Source: Gemmatimonadota bacterium (GTDB lineage Bacteria; Gemmatimonadota; Gemmatimonadetes; Gemmatimonadales; GWC2-71-9). From it: a stretch of 64,000 nt of DNA. The stretch lies in assembly GCA_039588295.1 (NCBI GenBank), contig JBDHAB010000003.1, positions 1-64,000 of the forward strand. The letters are read 5' to 3'. Below the pieces are notes generated by a model. The model was given only the letters and a program-made list of their open reading frames with translations. It was not told the DNA's origin and made no database searches. Of the stretch, positions 34,217 through 44,336 are shown piece after piece (within the stretch, counting starts at the first letter, position 1; every line of letters begins with the position of its first letter). The translations under genes were made by a program, and so were the position numbers.

Positions 34217-36070
34217 CTAGGCTCCCAGCCAACGTTCGCGCCACCGCTCCAGAATCAACAACGTCCACAAGGCCCGTGCGTGGTTGGCACGGTTGCCTCG
34301 ATGTTCCGAGATAAGTTGCGCCACAAGGGCAGGATCCAACAGTCCTCCGTCGCGGACACGTTCCGGAGCGAGCAGACGGTCGAGGTAATCGCGCAGGCGG
34401 CCGTTGAGCCATCGGGCCACCGGTACACTGAGGCCCCGCTTCCGACGGCGCACGATGGCCTGGGGCAGCCACCGCTCCCCGAGCTGCTTGAGCAACCACT
34501 TGGTGTGCGTCTTCCGAACCTTGAGCTCGGTGGGTAATCCGAGCGCGAAGGCAACGACATCGCGGTCCAGGAACGGCGACCGGGCCTCGAGAGAGACGAG
34601 CATCGTCGCCCGGTCGACCTTGGCTAGCAGATTGTCGGGCAGGTAGGTGCGATAATCGAACAGCATGACACGGCGCAACGCGTCATGCTCTGCGGGCAGG
34701 TAGTCGAACAGCTCGTCGCCGTCGTCGAGTGGTCGGTCGAGGAACACGCGCGTGTCGAGGCCGGTTCCGAACCAGGCCACGTGCCGTTCCAGAACTCCGG
34801 CGGCCGCATGTGCGGTGAAACGCTTGAGCAGGAACTCGAGCGGCACTTTGGCGTGGGACGGCGGCAGACGGCCGACCAACGAGCGGATCGCTCGTCGTGC
34901 AAGGCCCGGCAGGCTGGTGAACCGTGGTGCCAATCGATGACCGACATACGTCGGGTAGCCGCCGAGCAACTCATCGGCGCCCTCGCCACTCAGAACGACG
35001 CCCACATGCTCCCGTGCGGCCTGGGCGAGGAGATACGTCGGGAGCATTGCCGGATCGGCCACCGGCTCTGCGACCCGAGTGGAGATGGTGTCCAGCGCGT
35101 CTCTGAGCCGGTCGTCGTCAGCCGTGACCTCGATGTGTCGGCTCCCCACGTATCCAGCGAGCTGCGCCGCGTATGCGCGCTCGTCATACGATGGATCCGG
35201 AAAGCCCACCGCAAATGTGTGCAGCCCCAGCGTGCCACGCGCCTGCGACGCGAGCAGCGCGAGCAACGACGAGTCGAGTCCTCCACTCGTGAACACGCCA
35301 ACCGGAACGTCGGCGACAACTTGCTTGGCGACCGCAGTCTGCAGGAGGAGCGCCAGCCGCTCGCGTGCCTCCGGGACGGCGATGTCTTGTGGCTCGATGG
35401 ACTCCGGCCTCCAGTAGCGGTGGACTCGAGTCGAACGGGCGGAGAACACGATCGCGGTACCGGCCTCGACTTTGCGGATGCCGGTGAGCATGGTTCGCGG
35501 CTCGCGCGCGTATCCGAGTCTGAGATAATCGGCCAGCGCTCGGCGATCGAGTCGACGCACGAGGGAAGGGTGTTCGAGCAGTGGCTGGAGTTCCGACGCA
35601 AACCAGACTTCATCGTCGATGTTGGTATAGAACAGAGGCTTTTCACCCGAGCGGTCCCGCGCGAGGATTAGGTGCTGCGCGTTCATATCCCACACCGCGA
35701 TCGCGAACATGCCATCGATTTGCGCGACGGCCTCGACCCCGAGGTCGAGGTACAGCGGGAGCAACGGCTCGACATCCGAGTCGGAGCGGAAAGGATAGGT
35801 CGCATATTGGGTTCTGAGTGCTTCCGCGTTGTAGATCGCCCCATTGCAGCTCAGCCACACGCGAGTACTCGGGTCGGTGAAGGGCTGCGCGGCGTCGGGG
35901 GTCGGATCGGTGATGCGGAGCCGCTCGGTTCCGAGCGCGGCTCGCGGGTCGACGAGGAGTTGGCGGTCGTCGGGGCCGCGATGGGAGAGGCTCCGACCCA
36001 TGCGGTCCAGGGCGCCGGGTGCCCGCAGCGCCGCCGCACCGAACGTGACCATTCCATAGATCCCACACAC
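34217..36070 (-). CDS. asnB: AsnB-family glutamine-hydrolysing amidotransferase
   Basis: GTG-CGI start (Ntn Cys), HRGPD, SGGLDSS, LSGEGADE, KVDRATM..LEARSPFLD. Confidence 0.92.
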   Translation of the reverse strand: MCGIYGMVTFGAAALRAPGALDRMGRSLSHRGPDDRQLLVDPRAALGTERLRITDPTPDAAQPFTDPSTRVWLSCNGAIYNAEALRTQYATYPFRSDSDVEPLLPLYLDLGVEAVAQIDGMFAIAVWDMNAQHLILARDRSGEKPLFYTNIDDEVWFASELQPLLEHPSLVRRLDRRALADYLRLGYAREPRTMLTGIRKVEAGTAIVFSARSTRVHRYWRPESIEPQDIAVPEARERLALLLQTAVAKQVVADVPVGVFTSGGLDSSLLALLASQARGTLGLHTFAVGFPDPSYDERAYAAQLAGYVGSRHIEVTADDDRLRDALDTISTRVAEPVADPAMLPTYLLAQAAREHVGVVLSGEGADELLGGYPTYVGHRLAPRFTSLPGLARRAIRSLVGRLPPSHAKVPLEFLLKRFTAHAAAGVLERHVAWFGTGLDTRVFLDRPLDDGDELFDYLPAEHDALRRVMLFDYRTYLPDNLLAKVDRATMLVSLEARSPFLDRDVVAFALGLPTELKVRKTHTKWLLKQLGERWLPQAIVRRRKRGLSVPVARWLNGRLRDYLDRLLAPERVRDGGLLDPALVAQLISEHRGNRANHARALWTLLILERWRERWLGA

Positions 36071-36072
36071 GG

Positions 36073-37827
36073 CTAGGGAGCCCGGTTTCGAGGTGGGACG
36101 TTCCCGGACGCGCTCGCAAGCAAGCCGGACACGCAGGGGCCGTAGGCTGCCCATCGCGGTGTGATGGCCAGGAGCGGTAGGTGTAGCTGCAGCGTGCCGC
36201 GCGTCTCGGAGTCCTCCGCTCTGGTGACGAACACACGGGAAGAGCGGCACTCGGTGAGGGTTTCCAGCCACCAGTCGTGGTCTCGAAGTGGCGAATCGGG
36301 TTGGTCAGTCCAATACTCGTGGGACCGTGTCAGGTAATTGCTGGTAAGCTCCGACCCGTCGGCCGTCGAGAGTGTCAGTGTTCGTCGGAGATAGAAGGGC
36401 AGCGAGAGCGGAAAGGCCTGCACCCCGACGATCTCCGTTCCGGCGTCCGCGACCCGATCGATCGCCCGTGCCAACTCTTCTGTCGAACGGTCAGCGCCGA
36501 TCGCGCGCATCAGTCTCGCGCTGGTGACCGGAATCGCCGCTACGGGGAGGCTCAGTGCGCACAGCAGCAGTGCGCGGCGGGCGGTCGCCAGCCATGCCAG
36601 AACACCTGCGGCGAGGCAGATCGCTCCCAACGCGCACGCGGTGCCTGGAATCGAGGCGGCGACGGTCGGGCCGGCGGCGGGGAGGAGCGATGAGATACCC
36701 TCGCGTCCCAGGATGAGACCTGTGCCGGCTAGCCCGAGAAACACCGCCGCTGCTCGGGCTCCCGGCAGTCGACCCCGCACGTCATGCCACCATGCACCCA
36801 CCAGGAGCCCCAGCGCGGGCACGAGCGGCAGCACGTACTGCGGTCGTTTCGACTGCGAGAGACTGAAGAACGCCAATGGGACCAACAGCCACAGAAGAAG
36901 GAACACGACCCGCCGATCATCTAACCATCCCCGCCGCGGCCGACCAGGGCGCTGTGGTCGACGCCAGCCGGCGAGAAGCACTACGGCCCATGGCAGGGCC
37001 GCGGCTGGGAGGATCGCGAGGAAGTACCACACGGGTCCGGTCCGCTGCAGGTCGGTCGTCGCGAGACGGCGCACCGTTTCGGTCACGAGTGCGTGGTGCA
37101 GGAATCCCGGTACGTCGCGCGATACGGCATAGACCCAAGGGAGCACGATCGCGACGAACAGCAGCACCGAAGTCGCGTCTACGAGGGCGCGAGAGCGCCG
37201 GCGCCATACCGCGTACGGCACGGCCACCAGGAGCGGGAGTGCGAGGGCAATGGGGCCCTTCGTGAGAACTCCGAGTGCCATCGCAGCCCATGCAAGGGCG
37301 CGCCACCAGAGACGGGGGTCTGCCTCCTTCGTGGCGTGATCGTCCTGGGTGCGCGGACTGATTTCGGTGGCTTCATAGAAGCCGACCAATGCCACAACGA
37401 CCCACAGTGTCAGGGCACTGTCAAAGATCACGGTCCGCGCGTAGGCCAGCGTGAACGGGGTTGCGGCGGTGGCGATCGCAGCGGTCCAAGCCGTGCGCGG
37501 ATCGTAGCGGCGACGGGCGAACCACCACACGACGCCGAGGGTGGCGAGCGTGAACACCAGGGCGGGGAGCCGCGCCGCGAGGGTCGTCGGTCCCAGGACC
37601 TCCATGACGAGAGCCGCGGCGGCGAAGAACAGCACCGGCTTGTCCACGTATGGCAAGCCGTTGATCCGGGGCAAGACGTAGTCGTTCTGCTCGGCCATCT
37701 CCCGGGCCACTTCCGCATTCCTGCCCTCATCGGGGTCGAGCAGGGGGTAGCCCGCGAAGTTGTAGGTGAGTCCTACGAGCGCAATCGCGACGGACGCGGC
37801 GATCCAGAGGTAGTGTCGGGCTGTCAA
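36073..37827 (-). CDS. ArnT/PMT-like (GT-C) glycosyltransferase
   Basis: DPDEGRNAEVAREM, DKP, LTKGP, SKRPQYVLP, many TMs; start uncertain (TTG 37827 chosen). Confidence 0.88.
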   Translation of the reverse strand: MTARHYLWIAASVAIALVGLTYNFAGYPLLDPDEGRNAEVAREMAEQNDYVLPRINGLPYVDKPVLFFAAAALVMEVLGPTTLAARLPALVFTLATLGVVWWFARRRYDPRTAWTAAIATAATPFTLAYARTVIFDSALTLWVVVALVGFYEATEISPRTQDDHATKEADPRLWWRALAWAAMALGVLTKGPIALALPLLVAVPYAVWRRRSRALVDATSVLLFVAIVLPWVYAVSRDVPGFLHHALVTETVRRLATTDLQRTGPVWYFLAILPAAALPWAVVLLAGWRRPQRPGRPRRGWLDDRRVVFLLLWLLVPLAFFSLSQSKRPQYVLPLVPALGLLVGAWWHDVRGRLPGARAAAVFLGLAGTGLILGREGISSLLPAAGPTVAASIPGTACALGAICLAAGVLAWLATARRALLLCALSLPVAAIPVTSARLMRAIGADRSTEELARAIDRVADAGTEIVGVQAFPLSLPFYLRRTLTLSTADGSELTSNYLTRSHEYWTDQPDSPLRDHDWWLETLTECRSSRVFVTRAEDSETRGTLQLHLPLLAITPRWAAYGPCVSGLLASASGNVPPRNRAP

Positions 37828-37870
37828 CGATGTGTGCGACCGTCGTCGCGGAGGAGGAACGAGTTCGTTC

Positions 37871-38296
37871 TCAAGGCCTCTGCGGTGTCCTCGGTGTAGG
37901 CGCCAGCGGGTTGGCGGCCACCGTGATCGGGATCTCCGTCTCCAAGTCTTCGTCGACCAGGATCTCGAAATGATAGCGTCCGGCTTTCGGGAACGGCACG
38001 TCGAACACCAAGATGCAGCCGGCGGATATCTCGAGGACACCTGCGGGTGGCTCTGCAAAGTTCACGGTGCCGTCGCCAGTGATGATCTCGGTTCCTTCTT
38101 CGTCCAGCAGCCGAATCCGCACGATGTGCTTTCCGATCTCGGTACGACGCCCCTTGAGATGGAGCACCAGATGCAAGCGAGGGTGGACAGCCGGGAACTG
38201 GGCCACCCAGATGTGGGAGAAGATCCCCATGACGGAGAGCTTTCCGTATTGATCGATGACGGCGTAGTCGCTGACGGTCGCGAGATCGATGTGCAT
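37871..38296 (-). CDS. Hypothetical protein (DUF6941-like)
   Basis: DYA...GKLSVMGIF..., FPKAGRYHFEI; GGAAG RBS before ATG 38296. Confidence 0.75.
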   Translation of the reverse strand: MHIDLATVSDYAVIDQYGKLSVMGIFSHIWVAQFPAVHPRLHLVLHLKGRRTEIGKHIVRIRLLDEEGTEIITGDGTVNFAEPPAGVLEISAGCILVFDVPFPKAGRYHFEILVDEDLETEIPITVAANPLAPTPRTPQRP

Positions 38297-38337
38297 GTGT
38301 CTTCCTTCTACTACCTGTTGCCAAGCCCTACAGTGGC

Positions 38338-40464
38338 CTACGTCCGACCGAAGCTCGTCAATGCCGACGTGACCTGTTCCACTGTCGCCGCAGGCGGTGC
38401 GCACTGTGTCCCCGCACAAACGTAGACCCGTGGCGCGGCGCCGTCGAGCATGGCACGGATTGCTTTGGGGAGCGGGGTCGTCGGCGCTCCAGGCGTGATC
38501 CATCGAATCACTTTTCTTGGACGATACGTGGACCGGGCTGTACGCAGCAGCTCCCGGGTCTGCCGATCGTCCTGGCCCACCACGACAACGTGCGTCGTCG
38601 GCATGACGGACCAGTCGATCGCTCGGAGCAGCGTGGCCCCGAAGATCGAGAGTTCCGCGGCGGCTCCGGCGACAGCACTGAGCAGTGCATCGCATCGAGT
38701 CGCCCAGCTGCGCTCTCCGGTATGCTCGGCGAGACGGGCCAGCACGATGCCGGCGATTCCATTTGGGGAAGGGGTGGGGGAGTCGTGGATCGGGGTAAGT
38801 TCCTGGGTGAGGAACCCTTCGCCGCCGCGTCCGATTGCGACGTCGGCCAGCCCGCCGCTCGCGGTCCGGTAGTCGCTCCAGACATGCTCCATGAGCCGGA
38901 TAGCCCGGTCGAGCCAGCGATGCTCCCCCGTGGCCTCGAACGCATCGAGTGAAGCGCTCGCACTCTGAACCTGGTCGTCGAGAATGCCCCGCACGGAGCT
39001 CCCGATTGCGTGACGTATCCCCCCGGTGAGATCCGGTTCGGCGGCTTCGTCGAAGAGCCGGTCCAACGTTGCCAGCGCATGATGCTCGACGTCTGATCGG
39101 TCCAAGAATGCTGCGGCCGCGAGCATGGCCGATGCCATCATCGCGCTCCAGGCGGTATAGACGGTGGTGTCGACGAATGGAGTTTGGCGCGAGTCTCGAG
39201 CAGACTTGAGCTTCTGCTCACCGGCGGTGAGAAGCGCTACCGTATCGGGCGCGGACCGGCCAAGCGCTGCTGCAATCTGTTCGACCGACTGCTTGACCCA
39301 CAGCACGTTCTTTTGCCGGTTGTGATGCATCTCGCCGACCTGCTCGATGTCGTAGCGGCGGGCTAAGACCTCGAACTCTTCCGCGCTCAGCACCGCCCGC
39401 GCCTCATCGGGAGTCCACGTGAAGTAATCGCCGTCGTCCTCCGGACCCACGTCCGCATCCTGCGAGGCGCAGTACCCGCCCCGCGGATCCGACATGACCT
39501 CCAAGATCCAGCGGACGACTCCGTTGATGACCGTTCGGTAGAGGGGCTCGAGCGAGTCGCCGTTCCGTACGGTGAGGAGGCTACCAGTTTGTGGCGCGGC
39601 AAGGGCCGCGGCTCCATTCACGTAGGCTTTGAGGAGCTCTGCATTGTCGTAGAGCATCTTCTCGAAGTGCGGCACGATCCAGCGGGCATCGACGGAGTAT
39701 CGGTGGAACCCGCCGCCCAAGTGATCCCGGATACCTCCGTGGGCCATGGCTTCGAGGGTGCGATGCGTCATCTCCGCGTGCGGTGTCTCTCCGGTATCGA
39801 ACCATCTCGTGAGCAGGAAGTCGCAGGCACCGGGGTGGGGGAACTTGGGCTGTGAGCCGAATCCGCCATTTTGCCGGTCGAACGGATGCGCCATCGCGGT
39901 CGCGGCGCGGGCCAGAAGGTCGGTGTCGAGCGTCCCCGGCAGCGCGTCGGAGCGTGCACCACTGATATGATCCGCTATCTGCTGGGCCTGCTCGAGTACC
40001 TGTGTCGGCTTTTCGTGATACAGGCGGGCGAGGCTCGTCAACACCGATCGAAATCCGGGACGTCCGAACTTGCCGTCGGGCGGAAAGTACGTCCCGCCGT
40101 AGAACACCGCTCCGTCGGCTGTGAGAAACGCGGTGAGGGGCCAACCGCCCTGACCCGTGAGCGCCTGCACTGCCCGCTGATACCGTGCGTCAACGTCGGG
40201 GCGCTCGTCCCGATCGACCTTGATGCAGATCCAATTCTCGTTGAGGAACTCGGCGATGACCGGATCCTCGTACGACTCGTGATCCATGACGTGGCACCAG
40301 TGGCACCAGACCGCCCCGATATCGAGCAGAATGGGTCGGTTCTCGTCTCTCGCACGCGTGAATGGCTCGGGTCCCCAGGGGTACCAGGCCACCGGCTGAT
40401 CGGCGGCGGATCGGAGATACGCGGACTGCTCGCCTGCGAGGTGAGATGGCATCGGTGGTGTCAA
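38338..40464 (-). CDS. YyaL/SSP411 thioredoxin-domain protein (DUF255)
   Basis: SAYL..PVAWYPWG, WCHWCHVM, KVDRDERPDVD, GGWPLT, HRYSVD..W.VPHFEKMLYDNA. Confidence 0.92.
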   Translation of the reverse strand: MTPPMPSHLAGEQSAYLRSAADQPVAWYPWGPEPFTRARDENRPILLDIGAVWCHWCHVMDHESYEDPVIAEFLNENWICIKVDRDERPDVDARYQRAVQALTGQGGWPLTAFLTADGAVFYGGTYFPPDGKFGRPGFRSVLTSLARLYHEKPTQVLEQAQQIADHISGARSDALPGTLDTDLLARAATAMAHPFDRQNGGFGSQPKFPHPGACDFLLTRWFDTGETPHAEMTHRTLEAMAHGGIRDHLGGGFHRYSVDARWIVPHFEKMLYDNAELLKAYVNGAAALAAPQTGSLLTVRNGDSLEPLYRTVINGVVRWILEVMSDPRGGYCASQDADVGPEDDGDYFTWTPDEARAVLSAEEFEVLARRYDIEQVGEMHHNRQKNVLWVKQSVEQIAAALGRSAPDTVALLTAGEQKLKSARDSRQTPFVDTTVYTAWSAMMASAMLAAAAFLDRSDVEHHALATLDRLFDEAAEPDLTGGIRHAIGSSVRGILDDQVQSASASLDAFEATGEHRWLDRAIRLMEHVWSDYRTASGGLADVAIGRGGEGFLTQELTPIHDSPTPSPNGIAGIVLARLAEHTGERSWATRCDALLSAVAGAAAELSIFGATLLRAIDWSVMPTTHVVVVGQDDRQTRELLRTARSTYRPRKVIRWITPGAPTTPLPKAIRAMLDGAAPRVYVCAGTQCAPPAATVEQVTSALTSFGRT

Positions 40465-41642
40465 ACCTCCGGCCGCTGGAGGAACCGCACCGCGGTCTGA
40501 CTCAGTAACTCCACGGCGAGGGGGAGGGCATGCTCATCGACGTTGAATCGCGGCGAGTGGTGTGGATGGTTTGCTCCGCGTTCCGCGTTGCGGCACCCCA
40601 CAAACGCGTAGCAGCCGGGGACCTGCTCGAGGAAGAACGCCATGTCTTCGGCCGCCATGGTACGATAGTCGCAAATGACATGCTGCTCTCCCAAGAGGTC
40701 GCTGGCGATGTCGGCCATCAGGTCGGCCATTGCGTGGTCGTTGACGGTTGGCGGGTACGCACGATCGTACCGGACCTCAGCTTCCGCACCGAACGCCCGG
40801 ACGGTACCGTGCGTGAGCTCTTCGATGAGCCGTGGCGCCTGCTCGTAGAACTTCCCCCCATACGTTCGAACCGTGCCGACGAGTGTCGCCTCATCGGGGA
40901 TCACGTTGTGGGTGGTGCCCGCACGAATCTGGGTAATGCTAAAGACGGCCGGATAGCCGGGATCACAGCGGCGCGATACGACCGTCTGCAGCGAGGTGAT
41001 CAAGTGGGCTGCCACCACGATGGGATCGACCGTCTGATGCGGTGATGCGGCGTGACCACCCCGACCCCGAACCACAATCTCGACGTTGTCGACTGAGGCA
41101 AACACCGGTCCGGGCGCGATCGCGACCGTGCCCGTCGGTAGGTCGCTCCAGAGATGGATGCCGATGGCGCCATCGACGGTGGGTTCCTGCAGCGCGCCGT
41201 CTGCGATCATGGCTGCGGCACCCGCGCCTCCCTCTTCCGCCGGCTGGAACACCATCTTCACCGTTCCCGGAAGTTCGGTTCGGGCCAGGCGTTCCGCGAT
41301 GGCGAGAGCAATCGCGACGTGTCCGTCGTGGCCGCAGGCATGCATGACGCCGTCCACTGCCGATCGGTACTCCACGTCGTTGGATTCGGTGATCGGGAGG
41401 GCATCCATATCCGCTCTGATCAGCAAGCCCCGCGTAGGCGCGCCGTGCTCCGGCTGACGGACGCCGATCACTCCGGTCCGCCCAACACCGGTGCGCACCG
41501 AGTAGCCAGCCGCTCGGAGCCGCTCCGCCACGCGACCCGCCGTACGGACTTCCTGATAGCCCAGTTCGGGGTGCATGTGGAAGTCTCGTCGGTCGGCTAC
41601 GAGCCGATCGAGATCGATGGCAGGGAGAGACGTAGACGTCAT
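40461..41642 (-). CDS. M20D amidohydrolase
   Basis: HPELGYQE, RADMDALP, MHACGHDGH, FQPAEE, GGHA, EDM, HHSPRF. Confidence 0.92.
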   Translation of the reverse strand: MTSTSLPAIDLDRLVADRRDFHMHPELGYQEVRTAGRVAERLRAAGYSVRTGVGRTGVIGVRQPEHGAPTRGLLIRADMDALPITESNDVEYRSAVDGVMHACGHDGHVAIALAIAERLARTELPGTVKMVFQPAEEGGAGAAAMIADGALQEPTVDGAIGIHLWSDLPTGTVAIAPGPVFASVDNVEIVVRGRGGHAASPHQTVDPIVVAAHLITSLQTVVSRRCDPGYPAVFSITQIRAGTTHNVIPDEATLVGTVRTYGGKFYEQAPRLIEELTHGTVRAFGAEAEVRYDRAYPPTVNDHAMADLMADIASDLLGEQHVICDYRTMAAEDMAFFLEQVPGCYAFVGCRNAERGANHPHHSPRFNVDEHALPLAVELLSQTAVRFLQRPEV

Positions 41643-41661
41643 GGGGTTCGTGGCGGCCGGC

Positions 41662-42312
41662 TCAGCGGTCCGCGGAAGCGCATTGCGCGTGTATCGGGCA
41701 GATCTCACACTTCGGCGTTCGGGCCGCGCAGATCTGCCGACCGTGCAAAATCAGCAGGTGTGAAAAGACCGTCCAATCCTCGCGCGGCACCAACTTGATG
41801 AGATCCTGTTCGATCTTCTCGGGATCGTGTTTGTTCGTGAGTTTCAGTCGATTGCTGATGCGGTTGACGTGTGTATCGACCACGATCCCCTCGTCGATTC
41901 CGAATGCGTTGCCGAGCACGACGTTGGCGGTCTTGCGGCCCACGCCCGGCAACGCCGTGAGCTCCGCCATGGTGCGCGGCACGTTGCCCTCGTGTTGCTC
42001 GACCAGTGCCTGAGCCATGCCGATGATGGATTTGGTCTTGTTCCGGAAGAACCCCGTGGACTTGATCTCCTGCTCGAAGATCTCCGGGTTGGCATTCGCG
42101 TACTCCTCGGCGGACCGGTACTTCTGAAAGAGGTGCTTGGTGACGATGTTCACCCGAACGTCGGTGCACTGGGCGCTGAGGATCGTGGCGACCAGCAGTT
42201 CCAGCGGATCCCGGTGTTCGAGCGCGCATGCCGCATCTGGGTGTTGCTTCTTGAGCCGGCGGATAATCGGCTTGATGCGCTGTTTGGCGTTGCGCAGCGT
42301 CGGACGGGTCAC
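41662..42312 (-). CDS. nth: Endonuclease III
   Basis: LSAQCTD, HhH LPGVGRKTANV, VDTH, C-x6-C-x2-C-x5-C. Confidence 0.96.
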   Translation of the reverse strand: MTRPTLRNAKQRIKPIIRRLKKQHPDAACALEHRDPLELLVATILSAQCTDVRVNIVTKHLFQKYRSAEEYANANPEIFEQEIKSTGFFRNKTKSIIGMAQALVEQHEGNVPRTMAELTALPGVGRKTANVVLGNAFGIDEGIVVDTHVNRISNRLKLTNKHDPEKIEQDLIKLVPREDWTVFSHLLILHGRQICAARTPKCEICPIHAQCASADR

Positions 42313-43010
42313 GGTACCGCCCGATCCTCGCTGCCGGCTCGCTGTTCCGAGCCGACCGCGACACCCAAGTGGGCCAGATGGAGCACCTCTGCTGGTGTTA
42401 CCAGCGAACGGAGCCCTGCTGCCACCCCTCCGTCCACAACCGGCGCAAACGCCGGGGTGCGTGCACTCGCGTGTGCGGTGGTGAGGTCACGCGGCGTTGC
42501 GGTCACGGTGATCTGACTGAATCCTGGACGATCCGAACGGAGTCCCAACACCGTAACCACTGTCACCTCTCGACGCTCCAGGCCTTCGATGATGAACATA
42601 CCGTCGACCGGCTCGTGGGGCTCGTCGGGGCCAATTTGAGCCCAGAACCACTGCTCCGGGAGCTGCACGTAGCAGGCGCCGCCCGGCACGTGGACCGGGT
42701 CGTCCGATCCGGCGTCGTCGAGTGCGGCCTCGATCTGTGCGCGGGAGACGGTGAGTAGCGGTTCCCCGGCGGCCCAGAACCGGTAGGCGGCGTAGAGCGC
42801 CGAAAGATATTCACTGGCTGCCTCGAGGTCCCGCTCGATGATGTCCGGCGTCTCGACTTGCTCGAGGAGATGCTGTGTGGCACGGACCGCGGCGAACTGC
42901 GTCCGATCTGCGGTGTCACGGTGCGCGAGCCGCGCTTCCTCCCGTATCGCGGGGAACTGCTCGCGAGCGAAATCGGCGAACGCATGCGCAAACGGCTGCA
43001 ATCGCGTCAC
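42309..43010 (-). CDS. Conserved-looking hypothetical protein
   Basis: GTGA overlaps on both sides within the operon; YVQLPEQWFW motif. Confidence 0.7.
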   Translation of the reverse strand: MTRLQPFAHAFADFAREQFPAIREEARLAHRDTADRTQFAAVRATQHLLEQVETPDIIERDLEAASEYLSALYAAYRFWAAGEPLLTVSRAQIEAALDDAGSDDPVHVPGGACYVQLPEQWFWAQIGPDEPHEPVDGMFIIEGLERREVTVVTVLGLRSDRPGFSQITVTATPRDLTTAHASARTPAFAPVVDGGVAAGLRSLVTPAEVLHLAHLGVAVGSEQRAGSEDRAVP

Positions 43011-43876
43011 GATCGTTTGGGCAGAAAATCGTCGAGGACCCGAAAGAACGTGTCGAATTCCTCGACGTGGGGCACGTGCCCGGATTGCTCGAACACTTCC
43101 AACCGTGCGCCAAGGCAACCAGCCACATGTTCGGCCGTTTCCAGCGGGATAGGATCGTGGCGGCCATGCACGATGAGTGCCGGCACCGACAAGCCGCACA
43201 GCTCATCGACTTCCGCGCTGAGATCGGACTGCCGAATGCTCTCCCACACCGCCTGTCGGGTTCGCCCCGTGACGCGAAACGGTGTCAGATCTCTGGCGTG
43301 CTCCGGGTCTCGGAAATACCCAGCGACCGACAGCTCGAACGCGCGCTTGCGATAGGCGTCGACGTCCTGCTCGCGGAGCCCGGAGCGCCGTAGCTCCTCC
43401 CGTGCCTCGCGCACGTCTGGGTGGGCCAAACGTTCCGCAAGCCGCCGTTGGAACTCGGCGCGGTGTTCCTGATTGAGCGGCGCGGGGGCCACCAACGCGA
43501 GCCGGGCAACGCGTTCTGGATAGGTTGCCGTGTAGAGCAGAGCCAGGAGTCCGCCCCAAGAGTACCCGAGGAGTGTAGCACGTGCGATCCGCCAGTGATC
43601 GATGAGCGCGTTCAGGTCCTCGACATGCTCGCGCCACCCAACGGGCACGCCGCGTGGCACCGGTGAACGGCCACCCCCTCGCTGATCGTAGTACCGGAGA
43701 CGGCGCCCACGCGCCAGCGTGTCGAATTGCGGCAGCAGGTAATCATGGTGCGCGCCGGGGCCGCCGTGAAGGACCACCACGTCCGGGCCGGTGCCGACGA
43801 CCCTGACGTAGAGGGCGACGCCGTTGACGGAGACCTGGCCCTCAGCTATCGGCAGAGACGGAGAGTCCGCCGTCAC
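43007..43876 (-). CDS. Alpha/beta hydrolase (proline iminopeptidase-like)
   Basis: HGGPG, YDQRGGGRS, GYSWGG, GRHD, SGHVP. Confidence 0.9.
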   Translation of the reverse strand: MTADSPSLPIAEGQVSVNGVALYVRVVGTGPDVVVLHGGPGAHHDYLLPQFDTLARGRRLRYYDQRGGGRSPVPRGVPVGWREHVEDLNALIDHWRIARATLLGYSWGGLLALLYTATYPERVARLALVAPAPLNQEHRAEFQRRLAERLAHPDVREAREELRRSGLREQDVDAYRKRAFELSVAGYFRDPEHARDLTPFRVTGRTRQAVWESIRQSDLSAEVDELCGLSVPALIVHGRHDPIPLETAEHVAGCLGARLEVFEQSGHVPHVEEFDTFFRVLDDFLPKRS

Positions 43877-44334
43877 AGCAGGGCAGCGAGCGCGTCCGCG
43901 ACTTCCCGCACCGCGGACACTTCCGTTTCGGGAAATCCGTTCAACACATCGCTGTCGATGTCGATCTCCCCCAGGATTTCATCGTGGCGGCGTATCAGGA
44001 CCACGAGTTCCGACTTGGTCTCTTCGTTGCAGACGACGTAGCCGTCCACCGCGGAGACGTCGGCGATGTTCAGATCGCGGCTCTCGGCGACGGCTCTGCC
44101 GCACACGCCCACCCCGACGGGAATGGTCGTCAGGTCGGTCGGTCGTCCGTCGAACGCCTCGAGCCGCAGCTCGTCGTCCTGCAGCATGTAGATGTACACG
44201 TCGGTGTACGGTGGTCCCGACCTGCGAATCCGGGTCGCCGCACGCTCGAGGAGCTCCTGGCGCGATGCGTCCCGGCAGAAGGCGCCCTGGAGCGCTCGAA
44301 TGACAGGCTCAGGTTTGAGGACCGCGTCTGCCAC
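43873..44334 (-). CDS. GAF-domain protein, fRMsr/MsrC-like
   Basis: IPVGVGVCG, VVC...KSELVV, EIDIDS. Confidence 0.8.
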   Translation of the reverse strand: MADAVLKPEPVIRALQGAFCRDASRQELLERAATRIRRSGPPYTDVYIYMLQDDELRLEAFDGRPTDLTTIPVGVGVCGRAVAESRDLNIADVSAVDGYVVCNEETKSELVVLIRRHDEILGEIDIDSDVLNGFPETEVSAVREVADALAALL

Positions 44335-44336
44335 TA

